Assembly: GCA_051294375.1 (NCBI GenBank)
Contig: JBJCIZ010000239.1
Span: 4,196,402-4,260,401, forward strand
Length of the DNA stretch: 64,000 nucleotides
DNA from: Paraspadella gotoi
Lineage: Eukaryota > Animalia > Chaetognatha
Reading direction: 5' to 3'
Both the position numbers and the translations under genes were made by a program. Position 1 is the stretch's first letter. Each line of letters starts with the position of its first letter. The notes below the pieces were generated by a model that was not told where the DNA came from, did not search any database, and saw only the letters and a list, made by a program, of their open reading frames with translations. This document shows positions 42,351-55,050 of the stretch, piece after piece.

Positions 42351-43477
42351 ACAATTCTTAACTTTTTCAGAGTGAAACTCCTTCAGTAAGAAAAACACAG
42401 AATATGGTNNNNNNNNNNNNNNNNNNNNNNNNNNNNNNNNNNNNNNNNNNNNNNNNNNNNNNNNNNNNNNNNNNNNNNNNNNNNNNNNNNNNNNNNNNNN
42501 NNNNNNNNNNNNNNNNNNNNNNNNNNNNNNNNNNNNNNNNNNNNNNNNNNNNNNNNNNNNNNNNNNNNNNNNNNNNNNNNNNNNNNNNNNNNNNNNNNNN
42601 NNNNNNNNNNNNNNNNNNNNNNNNNNNNNNNNNNNNNNNNNNNNNNNNNNNNNNNNNNNNNNNNNNNNNNNNNNNNNNNNNNNNNNNNNNNNNNNNNNNN
42701 NNNNNNNNNNNNNNNNNNNNNNNNNNNNNNNNNNNNNNNNNNNNNNNNNNNNNNNNNNNNNNNNNNNNNNNNNNNNNNNNNNNNNNNNNNNNNNNNNNNN
42801 NNNNNNNNNNNNNNNNNNNNNNNNNNNNNNNNNNNNNNNNNNNNNNNNNNNNNNNNNNNNNNNCTCTTCCCTTATTTATCCCTTTCTCATCCACAAAGAA
42901 ATTAGTTTTCCCTACACAAGAAGCAACTTTGTCTTTTTTAAATTTTTCGTCAGAAATTTTAATCTTTTTTAAAAAAGGATTAATAAACTAATATTTTTAA
43001 AAGGTGATTAGGGTTTAAGTATTTTTTGTTTTGTTTTTTTATTTAATAACCAATAACTAATATTTTTTTATCACGCATTAGCAATGTGATCGCACTGTGT
43101 TTACATTAAAAAAGGTCAACAAAAGGAAGACATCACATCGAATTCTCTTTCNNNNNNNNNNNNNNNNNNNNNNNNNNNNNNNNNNNNNNNNNNNNNNNNN
43201 NNNNNNNNNNNNNNNNNNNNNNNNNNNNNNNNNNNNNNNNNNNNNNNNNNNNNNNNNNNNNNNNNNNNNNNNNNNNNNNNNNNNNNNNNNNNNNNNNNNN
43301 NNNNNNNNNNNNNNNNNNNNNNNNNNNNNNNNNNNNNNNNNNNNNNNNNNNNNNNNNNNNNNNNNNNNNNNNNNNNNNNNNNNNNCCTTTTCCTCCTCCT
43401 CCTCTTCCTCCCCCTCCATATATCTTCAAGATAACTTCGCGTGAAATTGGCTGAAAAAAAAAAGGTTATTGTTAGGG

Positions 43478-43540
43478 TAAACAAGTTTGAGCAAACAATG
43501 TCGGATCTGCCCACGATAATTAAGCGGTAATAAGCTAAAC

Positions 43541-43572
<32 letters not shown>

Positions 43573-44175
43573 ACTATAGTAGAAATAATTACAAATAAAG
43601 TACAAATATTTTTTTATTTTTTCAACTTGCATCATTCTTTCAACTTGCATCATTTTTTTAACTTGCATCATTCTTTTAACTCGCATCCTTTTTTCAACTT
43701 GCATCATTTTTTCAACTTTCATCATTTTTTCAACTCGCATCTTTTTTTCAACTTGTATCTTTTTTTAACTTGCATCATTTATTAATTAATTAATTTATTA
43801 ATTACTTAATTAAATAATTAATTAATTAATTAATTAAAACATTCATGAGCAAGCATAAATAATAAAAATTCAAGTTGTCTTGACTTTAGTTTTTTCCATG
43901 CAAACTCATTTCCACCCCTCGATTCCATCGAAACTTTATATCCTGCTCATGCTCAATAACACACTTTTTTACTCACACTCAAAATTTCAACCCATTCTAT
44001 CCATCCAATTATGAATAAATCGATTAATTATATATTAAAATTATTAAGGAGATTCAAATAAAAATGACTTATGTTTTTCAGACAGACAGACAGACGGACG
44101 GACGGACAGACGGACGGACGGACATCGTTTTTTTCACGTCGAGACCCGCACGACGGCGCCATCGTGTGGAAAAAG
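43478..44175 (+). mobile_element. Non-autonomous element with internal minisatellite, (GACA/GACG)n tract and 3' hairpin (Helentron/DINE-1-like)
   Basis: The 5' motif aacaagtttgagcaaacaatgtcggatc recurs at ~61124 and, diverged, at ~5596. Contains tandem ttcaacttgcatcatttt units (43617-43780), blocks shared with ~45440-45500 and ~62970-63100, a cagacggacgg microsatellite, and the hairpin cacgacggcgccatcgtg (~44148-44165). Confidence 0.4.
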
Positions 44176-45590
44176 GCTGAAGTCGGATAACTGATTTTTC
44201 TTCTCTCAGTACGACTCAGTGCTTAAGTGACTACGTCATCTCCCTTTTCTTGTCTGACTCGGCCTTTTGGTTCGTCTCTTTCCTATCTTTTTCTCTCCTT
44301 TTTTTTCTTATTTCACTTTAATATTTTAATTTTTTCTATTTTTTCTTCCTTCTAATTTGGCTATTCTTTTACACCCTTACTATCAAGCTTTCCTTTGCTC
44401 ATTCTCCGTACTGGCACCTACTTTTCGTCTTCGTTAATTGCATCTTATGGTGCTCTTCTCTCCTCTTTTCTCCCCTAGAGAGTCTTCTTTCTCATCTCTC
44501 TATCTCCTTCCCTTCTCTTAATATCTCATCTGTTACTTCCTCTTATGTGCTATATATTTGTTTCTCCGCATTTGCTTCTATTCCACTCCTTAACAAATCA
44601 CATTACCTCCCATTTCACTATCTTTATATTCTTCTCTCTTTTCAATAACTTTACAAACGATCATAAATTTCTTAATAATTCTTTTAATAAATAACCTAAG
44701 TTCTTTATCCTGCCCTCTTCCAATAAATTCAACTTTTTCTCTTAATCCAACATTCAAATATTCTTTTCAATTATCATACACAATAGTCACCTTTCCCTTA
44801 ATATGGTCTAACTTCTTTCCTTCCCACTCATTTCCGTCTTCACCACCTCTCATCTCCTCTTTCCCAGCCTTCATAACGTGTTTTGAACTTTATATCTTTT
44901 CAGCTTTAAGCGCAATCACTAATCTGTACAAGGTTCTTCCATCTATCATCTTCTACCTAACTAAAATTAAGACTCATCTAGATTAAAAACCCAAGTAATC
45001 AAAGATTGTGAGCACGAAATTTTTGTGGATAACTACAAAATGAAAGTAGGTCAATAACAATAAACCAATATACTTCTCAAATTACACTTGTGTTAAATGA
45101 GTCAATATATTGAATGCCAGGAACTATTCATCTTTTTTTTCAAATATCGCAACTCCCTAAATTTTTCTTGTTATTTCCACTGTTCTTTTTTGTAATCACA
45201 TCAAACTCACTTGCACACTCATTTTTTTTTAAAAAACTGATATACTTAATTTATTAATTTATTAAATTAAAAATTAATATTTCATAAATTAATTATTTAA
45301 ACATCCTCTTTCTTGCCTCATACACCCTTCCCGCTCTCCCGACGTTCAAGTCGCCCACCCTAATAAAAAAGATCCATGAAAAATTTCATTTCGGAAGTGT
45401 TTTGACCTATTGGGTGTTTTTTTTTTTTCCATGTAAAATCACTCATTTCCCCCCAACTACAGAAGACCCACCCCCTATCGATTCCATCGGAAAACTTTAT
45501 AAATATTCCTAGTGCTCGATTAAAAGCTCACTATAACCAATTAACCAACTTTTTTTTTTGTTTTTGTTACTACTCACATTCCTCTCTCAC

Positions 45591-45781
45591 CCGTCCGTTC
45601 TGTTGGCTCGTGGGGCGCTTGTCCGTGTAGAGGATCTTGACAGACCCCCTTTCCACGATCCTGTAAGAAACTTCCGGGTCGGACCCACGACGTGAGATCC
45701 TTGGGGAAGATACCGAGATGCTCCCTCGATTGTCGAGACCGGTGTCCCTTGGCCGCTTTTGGACCAGGACCGGGTCGGTCC
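45591..45781 (-). CDS. Tob: Internal coding exon of a BTG/Tob antiproliferative-family gene (Box B), most similar to Tob
   Basis: GC-rich island bounded on the minus strand by a C-rich acceptor (ccccccag) and a donor (gtgaga). Allowing about 5 single-base insertions it reads TDPVLVKAAKDTGLDIEEHLGIFPKDLTSWVDP-EVSYRIVERGSVKILYTDK, matching the BTG/Tob Box B pattern LP.ELT.WVDP.EVSYRIGE.GSVK.LY. EVSYRIVERGSVKILYTDK is uninterrupted. Tob versus another BTG paralogue is not certain. Confidence 0.88.
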
Positions 45782-48635
45782 CTGGGGGGGGGCGGCGGGG
45801 GGGGAGAAAGGGAGTTGATGTGATTGATTGAATTGAATGATTGATTTATGAATTTATTAATTTATTCATCTTTATTTATTTATTTGTTAAATTGAAGAAT
45901 TGATTGCTTGTTAGATTGAGTCCTCCATGAAATTAGAATCAGTAGAAAATGTAAAAATTTGATATGGTTCGATTGGTTAATTCTTAGTTGCATTTATGGA
46001 CTATTCTATTTTACTCTACATTGATTTATTTTTTTGCCAATAACTTGATCTGATTATTTTTTACTAATTACATTGGATTGATCCTCCTATGATTGAAGAC
46101 CGATCTTCTTTTCACATTGTTCGATTGAATTGAATGATCGATTAATATTGCTATTAAATACGTCCTAATTCAAGAAATTCAGCCCCATTGAAAATTGAAT
46201 TCACTACACATAAAAAATCCGACCAATAAACCCTAAACCCTATAAACCACAAACACCATAACCACAACCCTCAGGAATACCACCGATAAGCCTCACCGCG
46301 TTGAGTGATGGCTGATATAACCGAAATGTGACTTGAGAGTACACACTTAACATATTAATGGAGACAGTGAATCCGGGTACCAGTGAGACGCGCTGATTTA
46401 TCTTTTTTTGTTAGCTCTTTTGTAGCAATCCCAATAATAATATAACTCGTGCAATTCCCTCTCGCTACTGTTTTTAATTTGACTCAGGGTGGAACCAGCA
46501 CCGTCGAGAACGAAGGGAGTTAGGTTGTAAGATAAGAGATGAGAGAAGTTGAAGGAGCGACTTGAATCATACCCACGAGGAGAATGCATCGTCGCGATTG
46601 CATGGGTTGAAGCAGGACAGGAGAGTGGTGGAACAGGATTTAATTGATGGAGTTGATATAACGGGTTCGATGGAGTTCTATGGAAATGAGGAGTGATAAA
46701 ATGATAGGGAAGAAAACGAGAATGAAAGAATGATGGAAAGATGATGGTATGAAATGTTCAAAGATATCCGAGGATGAAGATATTTAAATTTTTAATTTAA
46801 ATGAAAAAATTTGGAAATAGATTAGAGGATTCGTCATGATTAAATTTAGCCCAGTGGTTCAATAAGTTTCACAGAAGGTATCGAATCAAACATGAGCATT
46901 CGAAGTCAGTTTTTGAAACTCGCAGAGTGTGGGACACAAGTTGGCAAATCGCATCACTTCAATACATCATTCCAAGACGGACGAGCGTAGCCAACTTGTG
47001 TTTTCTCGGCTCTTGTGGCCGCTTTAATACTTGGGCGTGTCCTCATTTTGTTGTCATAGTTTTATTTTTCTTGTGTTGCGTCTTTTAGATCTATATAGGG
47101 CGAAGAGGTTCCTAAGTTCCGCGGACAATATTTTCCAAAAATAGAAATATAAAACGTTTTCTATTATGTTTATGTATGTTTCTCGTAAATTTTTGTTTTT
47201 TATATTATATCATATAATATTATAGTAGACTACACACCCCCCACCTTCATTTTGGGGCAAAAATAAATAAAAAAAAAAAAAGGGTGACGATTGCGGAGCA
47301 TTACAGAATGGAGGAAAGGATCAGAGGCGAGAAACGAATGATAACGCAAATAATCAAAAAAGAAAACAAAGATGGCAAACAAGTAACGAAACTGGGAGCC
47401 GCAAAGCAAAAAAAAAACCAGAGAATATACATATAACCGTTTGAAAGGTAGAAAAAATGGAAGATGATTTAAGCCTGTGTTGCAACACAGTTCAGTAGGT
47501 ATTATATAACTGTTTGTGTAATTTTTATTATAGCATAAAATTATTTTTCTTGCCAAATTGTTTCTAATCCTCCTTTTCCCTCCCTTTGCCTCCTGATAAC
47601 GAATAATTGAGACAGTGAAACATTTTCCAATTATATATCATTATATTTTTAATATATAATTGACAGTTTATAATGTGACAGACTGACAGACCGACCGAAA
47701 AGCGTTTTATTGAGGTCGCGTCTCAAACGCGACTGTGAAAAGAAAGAAGGAAACATATTTCTTCTATTTTCCTTTTTGTTCTTGGCTTCCGTTAAATTCT
47801 TTGAACTTGAATATTGTGGAAGAAGAAGGAGGAAGAGAAAGGAGGAGGAGGAAGGGAGGGGAGGGAGGAAAATATTGGAAAGTATGGACACGGGGTTAAG
47901 TTGTTGTTTTGTATAAGGGTTCCGCGCAGGAGTTGGTTCACTGCGCGATAGGAAGTGGATCTAATATCGAAACCCGCAACGCCGGAATATATTCGTTTTA
48001 AAATATTTCTATTTTATTTTTTCTTTTGAAATTAAGAACAAAATGTATAATCACACAATGTATAATTCAGAAGTAAATGCGATCGATGAATCGAGGTAAT
48101 GATAAATATTTCATATTTAAATCATATAAATCAAAAATAAATAAATAATAACAAATCACAAAACATTCATTCAATCAATACAACTACTTACTTCAATTCG
48201 TTGTAAGACAAGATTCTCTCACATCTCGAGAGGAATAGTTGAGTAATCAGTAGTAAAAACACTACATAACCAATTATATTAAAAAAGACAATACCCTTTT
48301 AACCACAAAAGACCGACATATTTAGGGGTGGGACCCGAGGACCCAACAAAGATGAAAAAATTATTATAGAAGTCGGGGANNNNNNNNNNNNNNNNNNNNN
48401 NNNNGAGTCGGAATCTGCTGATAAGCAGACCCGACTAAAAACAAGAACTGGTCGGTTAAAATTGTATGTGCTTACATAATGAGATGAAGTGACTACATGA
48501 GTATGAAACATTTTTACAAGCAGCATCTATTGGTCTACTACTTGTCTGTTAAATTTTAGGTAAAACCATTAAATATTAAACAAAATATGCCACATTTATT
48601 TTAGGATGACGTCACCGTAGTTATTTCCCTCTCTC

Positions 48636-48669
<34 letters not shown>

Positions 48670-49899
48670 NNNNNNNNNNNNNNNNNNNNNNNNNNNNNNN
48701 NNNNNNNNNNNNNNNNNNNNNNNNNNNNNNNNNNNNNNNNNNNNNNNNNNNNNNNNNNNNNNNNNNNNNNNNNNNNNNNNNNNNNNNNNNNNNNNNNNNN
48801 NNNNNNNNNNNNNNNNNNNNNNNNNNNNNNNNNNNNNNNNNNNNNNNNNNNNNNNNNNNNNNNNNNNNNNNNNNNNNNNNNNNTCTCTCTCTACCTCTCC
48901 CTTTCTCTTCGCTCTCTCTCTTTGCTCTCTCTCTTAACCGTTCCTTTCATTTTAGCTTAATCGATTAACTTTGAAGAAAATCAATTGCCACGTTGATTGA
49001 CTGATGAACGGACGGACGGACGGACGGACGGACGGAGGGACGGACGGNNNNNNNNNNNNNNNNNNNNNNNNNNNNNNNNNNNNNNNNNNNNNNNNNNNNN
49101 NNNNNNNNNNNNNNNNNNNNNNNNNNNNNNNNNNNNNNNNNNNNNNNNNNNNNNNNNNNNNNNNNNNNNNNNNNNNNNNNNNNNNNNNNNNNNNNNNNNN
49201 NNNNNNNNNNNNNNNNNNNNNNNNNNNNNNNNNNNNNNNNNNNNNNNNNNNNNNNNNNNNNNNNNNNNNNNNNNNNNNNNNNNNNNNNNNNNNNNNNNNN
49301 NNNNNNNNNNNNNNNNNNNNNNNNNNNNNNNNNNNNNNNNNNNNNNNNNNNNNNNNNNNNNNNNNNNNNNNNNNNNNNNNNNNNNNNNNNNNNNNNNNNN
49401 NNNNNNNNNNNNNNNNNNNNNNNNNNNTCTCTCTCTCTCTCTCTCTCTGACTTCTCGTCTTTAGTAACTTTTTATGTTCCTATTGAGCCGCGTCTCGAAG
49501 AAAAAAAAATTGGTTGTGATCACGGAGCGCTTGATCCCTCTCAAAACTGTGGGTTCTCAAATTTACAAACCTCGTTTTTCATTTGAATTTATAACTGCGG
49601 TTTATGGCTGTTCTCGGGGTTAATGAAGGTGTCATGCTCATGGGCGAGGTAAACTTACTCCATTGCACCGACTGCACGATGCTGCTGGTGTTTGCTAATT
49701 AAGTTAATTACAAACATTATATTACATTAACTATGAGGAATTTAAGTAATCTTAGGGTTGATAGACAAAGTTTTAAATAAAAGCGTTATTATCTGGTAAT
49801 GCGGAGGGATGCATGACTCTACCCTTGCCTCTCAAGTACTCAAGTTTAAAAAATTATATCTTAAAGAAAAGGCGTGAAAGTACAGGAAAAAATACGGAT

Positions 49900-49967
<68 letters not shown>

Positions 49968-50484
49968 TGGGACTGAAGATTTAAAAACAAAAACGGCTGT
50001 TTTAAAAATAAATTTTATAAAGAAAATGATTAAAATTATATCGAGGTTCGTTATTCAATTTACTAAATTTATTAAATTTAATATATGCACACTCTTGATA
50101 ATTGCTGAGTAGAAAGTAGATACGCTTAAATTTATTAAAAAATAGAATAAATAAACCAAAAAAAANNNNNNNNNNNNNNNNNNNNNNNNNNNNNNNNNNN
50201 NNNNNNNNNNNNNNNNNNNNNNNNNNNNNNNNNNNNNNNNNNNNNNNNNNNNNNNNNNNNNNNNNNNNNNNNNNNNNNNNNNNNNNNNNNNNNNNNNNNN
50301 NNNNNNNNNNNNNNNNNNNNNNNNNNNNNNNNNNNNNNNNNNNNNNNNNNNNNNNNNNNNNNNNNNNNNNNNNNNNNNNNNNNNNNNNNNNNNNNNNNNN
50401 NNNNNNNNNNNNNNNNNNNNNNNNNNNNNNNNNNNNNNNNNNNNNNNNNNNNNNNNNNNNNNNNNNNNNNNNNNNNNNNNNNNN

Positions 50485-50519
<35 letters not shown>

Positions 50520-51597
50520 ATGAAGTAAGACATAAATGGTACCCACTTTTCTTCAGCTACTTAATTCTTTCTCTTTTCTTTCCATGACTTGTNNNNNNNN
50601 NNNNNNNNNNNNNNNNNNNNNNNNNNNNNNNNNNNNNNNNNNNNNNNNNNNNNNNNNNNNNNNNNNNNNNNNNNNNNNNNNNNNNNNNNNNNNNNNNNNN
50701 NNNNNNNNNNNNNNNNNNNNNNNNNNNNNNNNNGAGCATTTTTTTAATTTAATTCTTCATTGATTTGTAACAAGTTCATATTTCATTTTAATGTTTACTC
50801 ACAACATCTCTCTTTTAAATTGATAACTTTTTAAAATTGTATTTAATATTTCNNNNNNNNNNNNNNNNNNNNNNNNNNNNNNNNNNNNNNNNNNNNNNNN
50901 NNNNNNNNNNNNNNNNNNNNNNNNNNNNNNNNNNNNNNNNNNNNNNNNNNNNNNNNNNNNNNNNNNNNNNNNNNNNNNNNNNNNNNNNNNNNNNNNNNNN
51001 NNNNNNNNNNNNNNNNNNNNNNNNNNNNNNNNNNNNNNNNNNNNNNNNNNNNNNNNNNNNNNNNNNNNNNNNNNNNNNNNNNNNNNNNNNNNNNNNNNNN
51101 NNATAGAAATAATTTATCTTTCGTAGATTTTTCTTTTCTTTTCGCTCTGGTGGTTGAATCAGTCATTGCAAGAGAGCGAAGGTGTTTTCTTCCATCTGGT
51201 TTGAAAAGATGCAATTGTTTTAGCATCGGCTCATATATCGCCGGCGACATCGCTATTTGAATACTACAACTACTACAACTACTACAATACTACAACTACT
51301 ACAACTATTTGAATACTACAACTTAGGCTTTGTCTCTCTGTCGTTCCGTCGGTCTGTCTATATTTAGATATTGTTTTTTTTNNNNNNNNNNNNNNNNNNN
51401 NNNNNNNNNNNNNNNNNNNNNNNNNNNNNNNNNNNNNNNNNNNNNNNNNNNNNNNNNNNNNNNNNNNNNNNNNNNNNNNNNNNNNNNNNNNNNNNNNNNN
51501 NNNNNNNNNNNNNNNNNNNNNNNNNNNNNNNNNNNNNNNNNNNNNNNNNNNNNNNNNNNNNNNNNNNNNNNNNNNNNNNNNNNNNNNNNNNNNNNNN

Positions 51598-51629
<32 letters not shown>

Positions 51630-51705
51630 AGCACAAAACAAGAGATACAAGGATAGATAAAAAAATTAGAGTCATTGAATTTTTTGTGTTTTTGGTTTGT
51701 GACAG

Positions 51706-51840
51706 AATGAATTAATGAATGAATGAATGAATGAATGAATGAATGAATGAATGAATGAATGAATGAATGAATGAATGAATGAGTGAATTTATGAATGAAT
51801 GAATTAATGAATGAATGATTGAATGAATAAATAAATAAAT
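51706..51840. repeat. (GAAT)n microsatellite
   Basis: Directly visible. Confidence 0.95.
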
Positions 51841-51857
51841 GAGCTATAAATTCTTGG

Positions 51858-52561
51858 GTCATATTTTACAACATCGCCTCATTTCAGCTTAAATTCAAAA
51901 TTAAATAAGATTTAATGATTAGGCTTGGCCCAAGGGATAGGGTTAGTTAAGAATTAGTTTTGAGGATTTGGAGATTTTGTTAAAGATTTGGGTTAGTGAT
52001 TAGGATTAAAACTTAGGGCGAGTTGGCGATTTGGATTAACGGTTCGAGGTTAGGGTGAGGGATTAGGTTAGGGTTAAGTAATTATATTTAAAATTAGGGT
52101 AAAAGATTTCGTTAAATATTTGATAGAGGTACAGAAAATATTGTAGATTTTTTAATTAGTAAGACGTACATATTTTGCTTCACCCATATAGAAATGTTTT
52201 GATACGAATCGCCCAAAAAATTAAAAAAAAGATAATCAAATATCTAAAGTTTCTAAACGTTTATTTCTACAAAGGTTTTCGGAGACTAATAAAAAAATTT
52301 CTATTAGTTATTAGTGTTTAATTTAAAAACAATTTAATGAGTTTATAAGTAAAACTACTTAATCTATTATTTAACTCTCATAAGTTGAGGAGGGAGATAA
52401 AGCGCACAAAAATATTGTTCAAACATAAAACTGGCCAGAGATAAAATTAGCTATTCATCCTTAAATAAAGTTAAACATTTTTATTATCAGTGATTAATAT
52501 TTTAATTTAAATTTAGTTTAGAGATTAAGAACAAATGAGGCGCTTTGGAAAAACTAGTGCC
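51858..52561. mobile_element. MITE-like element, same TIR family (longer copy)
   Basis: ggtcatattttacaacatcgcctcattt ... aaatgaggcgctttggaaaaactagtgcc, with ttagggtt motifs inside. Confidence 0.5.
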
Positions 52562-52986
52562 AAAACTGTAATTTATAGAAAAGAATTTAACTGAACAAAG
52601 AATGGAAATTTTAAAATTCGACGGGAAAAACAGAGATAAAAAATAAACGGGTTATCAACAAGCAGGTGCGGGATGGAAATTCTTTTTGAGAACGGCTTTT
52701 ATTTACCTATCTTTTATAGCTCTCTCTCTCTCTCTCCTCTCTCCTCTCTCTCTCTCTTTCTCTCTTTTCCAGTTTTTTCCCCCGCAGTCGAAATAAAAAA
52801 TAGACGCACCTCGATCCTCTGGGAGGAGAAAAAAAAAAGGAAAAAAAAAACCAAGAAAAAAGAAGAGGGAAGGTCACGTTAGCGACCTAGCGACAGAGGC
52901 GGAGGAACGGAATATGAAGTTCGACAAAGAACAACTCGTGGGAAGAATAAGAAAGGCGGAGAAAAAAACAGAGTTTTAAAGGAGAG

Positions 52987-53026
<40 letters not shown>

Positions 53027-53800
53027 TTTTAAAAGACACTTTAACTCAAATCATCGGCGGTTACGTGGGGAAGAGGAGAGGAGAGAAGAGAAGAAACAGG
53101 GAGGAAGGGAGGAAAGTGGAAAAATAAAGGAGGGGATAAAAAAATGGAAGAGGGAGGAAGGGAGAAAGAGAGGAAGGGAGGAAAGTGTAGAAGAGAGAAA
53201 GGATTGAATAAGAAATAGTAGAGGGAGGAATGGAGGAAAGGAGATAATGGAGGAAGGAGGGAGAAAGAGAAGATGGGAGGAAAGGAAAAAAGGTCGTGAG
53301 GAAAGAATATATAGAATGGGGGAAAATAAGAACCGAGAACATGGAAGGGTGTCGGGGATAAATTTAAACGCTGAGAAGGTAGAAAAAGGAAAGGGGAAAG
53401 GGAGGAAAGAGAGAGAGATAAAAGAGAAAAAAAGACGATAAAGGGAGAGAATAACCGGGGGGCACCAAAAAAGGGAGACTTATTTAAATGAATATTTATT
53501 TATTTGAAAAACTAAATAAAATCAATCCTCTTTTTAAATTAAAAAAAGTAAGTGTACTTAAAATATATTTTTTACCCCTAACAATTAAAAAAAACGTGAC
53601 TTAAGAATTTAGGATTAAAATGGTTGAAAGATTAATTAAACTTATAATTAAAAATACTTCGGTTGGTTCATCATTTTTAATATTACTTTTATTCCTATAA
53701 ATTATAATAATTTCTCGATGTTGTTTGGGCCAATTTTTTTTTACTTTTTTTCTTTTCTCCCATGTGAATTTATTTGGAAAAAGAAGAAACTCAAGAATTC

Positions 53801-54186
53801 ACGTCATTATTTTACAAAATCGCCCCATTTCCGTTGTTAATTCCGGTTTTTAATTTTTTACTCTTAATATCAGACTATGATACTATTTTTAACTTAATAT
53901 TATCCTTAATACTATCCTTTATACAATTCCTGACCTTAACCTAATCCTTAATCCTTGACTCTAATCATTAATATTAAACTTTAATCCCTCGCCTTACCTT
54001 TAGACCTTAATCCCTAATCCTTAACTAAATCTCTTAACCAAATTTTTAATCAAAACCCAAACCAAATCCTTTTCCAAAATCTTTAGCTTAATTCTTATCC
54101 TTAACCCCAAACAAAATTTTTAAATTTATATAAACTTAATTATTAACTTTAACTAAAATTGGGTGTCTTTTGGAAAATATGGCCGT
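53801..54186. mobile_element. MITE-like element, same TIR family
   Basis: acgtcattattttacaaaatcgccccattt ... aaattgggtgtcttttggaaaatatggccgt, with a cctaat/ccttaa-rich interior. Confidence 0.55.
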
Positions 54187-54734
54187 AATGAGCAATGCGG
54201 CGACGCATTTTTATTTGGAGAGTTTTTGGTCGGTCCATTTGGTTTGTCCATTTGGTTAATTCAGTTTATTTACCTTGTTGTTCAATGTTCAGTTCAGAAG
54301 TTACATTAGAATTCGTAATTAAATTGATCTTTGAATACTGTTGGATATATAAAGTATTGAATTAAGTCACCACATTTTTCTTACTTCTTTCTAAATCTTT
54401 TTATTTTTTACTCTTTCTTATTTTTTCCTTTTCTTTTCCTTTTTTTTCATATTTTGGCTCAAGAAATTTGTTATCATCGCAGGCCGCAGTCCGCCGCCGG
54501 CCGCCATGCCGCCGCCACCCAAGCAGGCCAGAACCGTTTTTTGCTTTCTTCTCTCTCTTTCCTCTCTCTCTCTCTCCTGTCTCGCTCTCTCTCCCCATCC
54601 CGATCGACTCTCTCTCTCTCTCTCTCGTCCTCACTCTCTCTCTTCCCCCTTTTTTGCTTCCTATACTAACGAAGAAGATTCCCTCGACTAACGTTGATCT
54701 TTTATTTCAATTTCCATTTCAAATGAAAAAAATT

Positions 54735-55050
54735 TTAAATTGAAAAATGAAAAAAATTATAAATGGAAAAATGGAAAAGTGGAAAAGTGGAAAAATGGAA
54801 AAATGGAAAAATGGAAAAATAGGAAAATATTAAAGTGGAAAAGTGGAAAAATAGAAAAATATAAAAATGAAAAAATGGAAGATTGAAAAAATGAAAAAAA
54901 TGAAAAATTGAAAAATAGAAAAAATGAAATAATAAAAAATTGGCAAAAATGGCCAAAATTGAAAAATTGAAAAATAGAAAAATGGCAAAAATGGGGAAAA
55001 ATGGGAAATGATAAATTATAAAAATGGAAAAATGGAAAAATGGAAATATA
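54735..55050. repeat. (TGGAAAAA)n 8-bp tandem repeat
   Basis: Directly visible. Confidence 0.9.
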
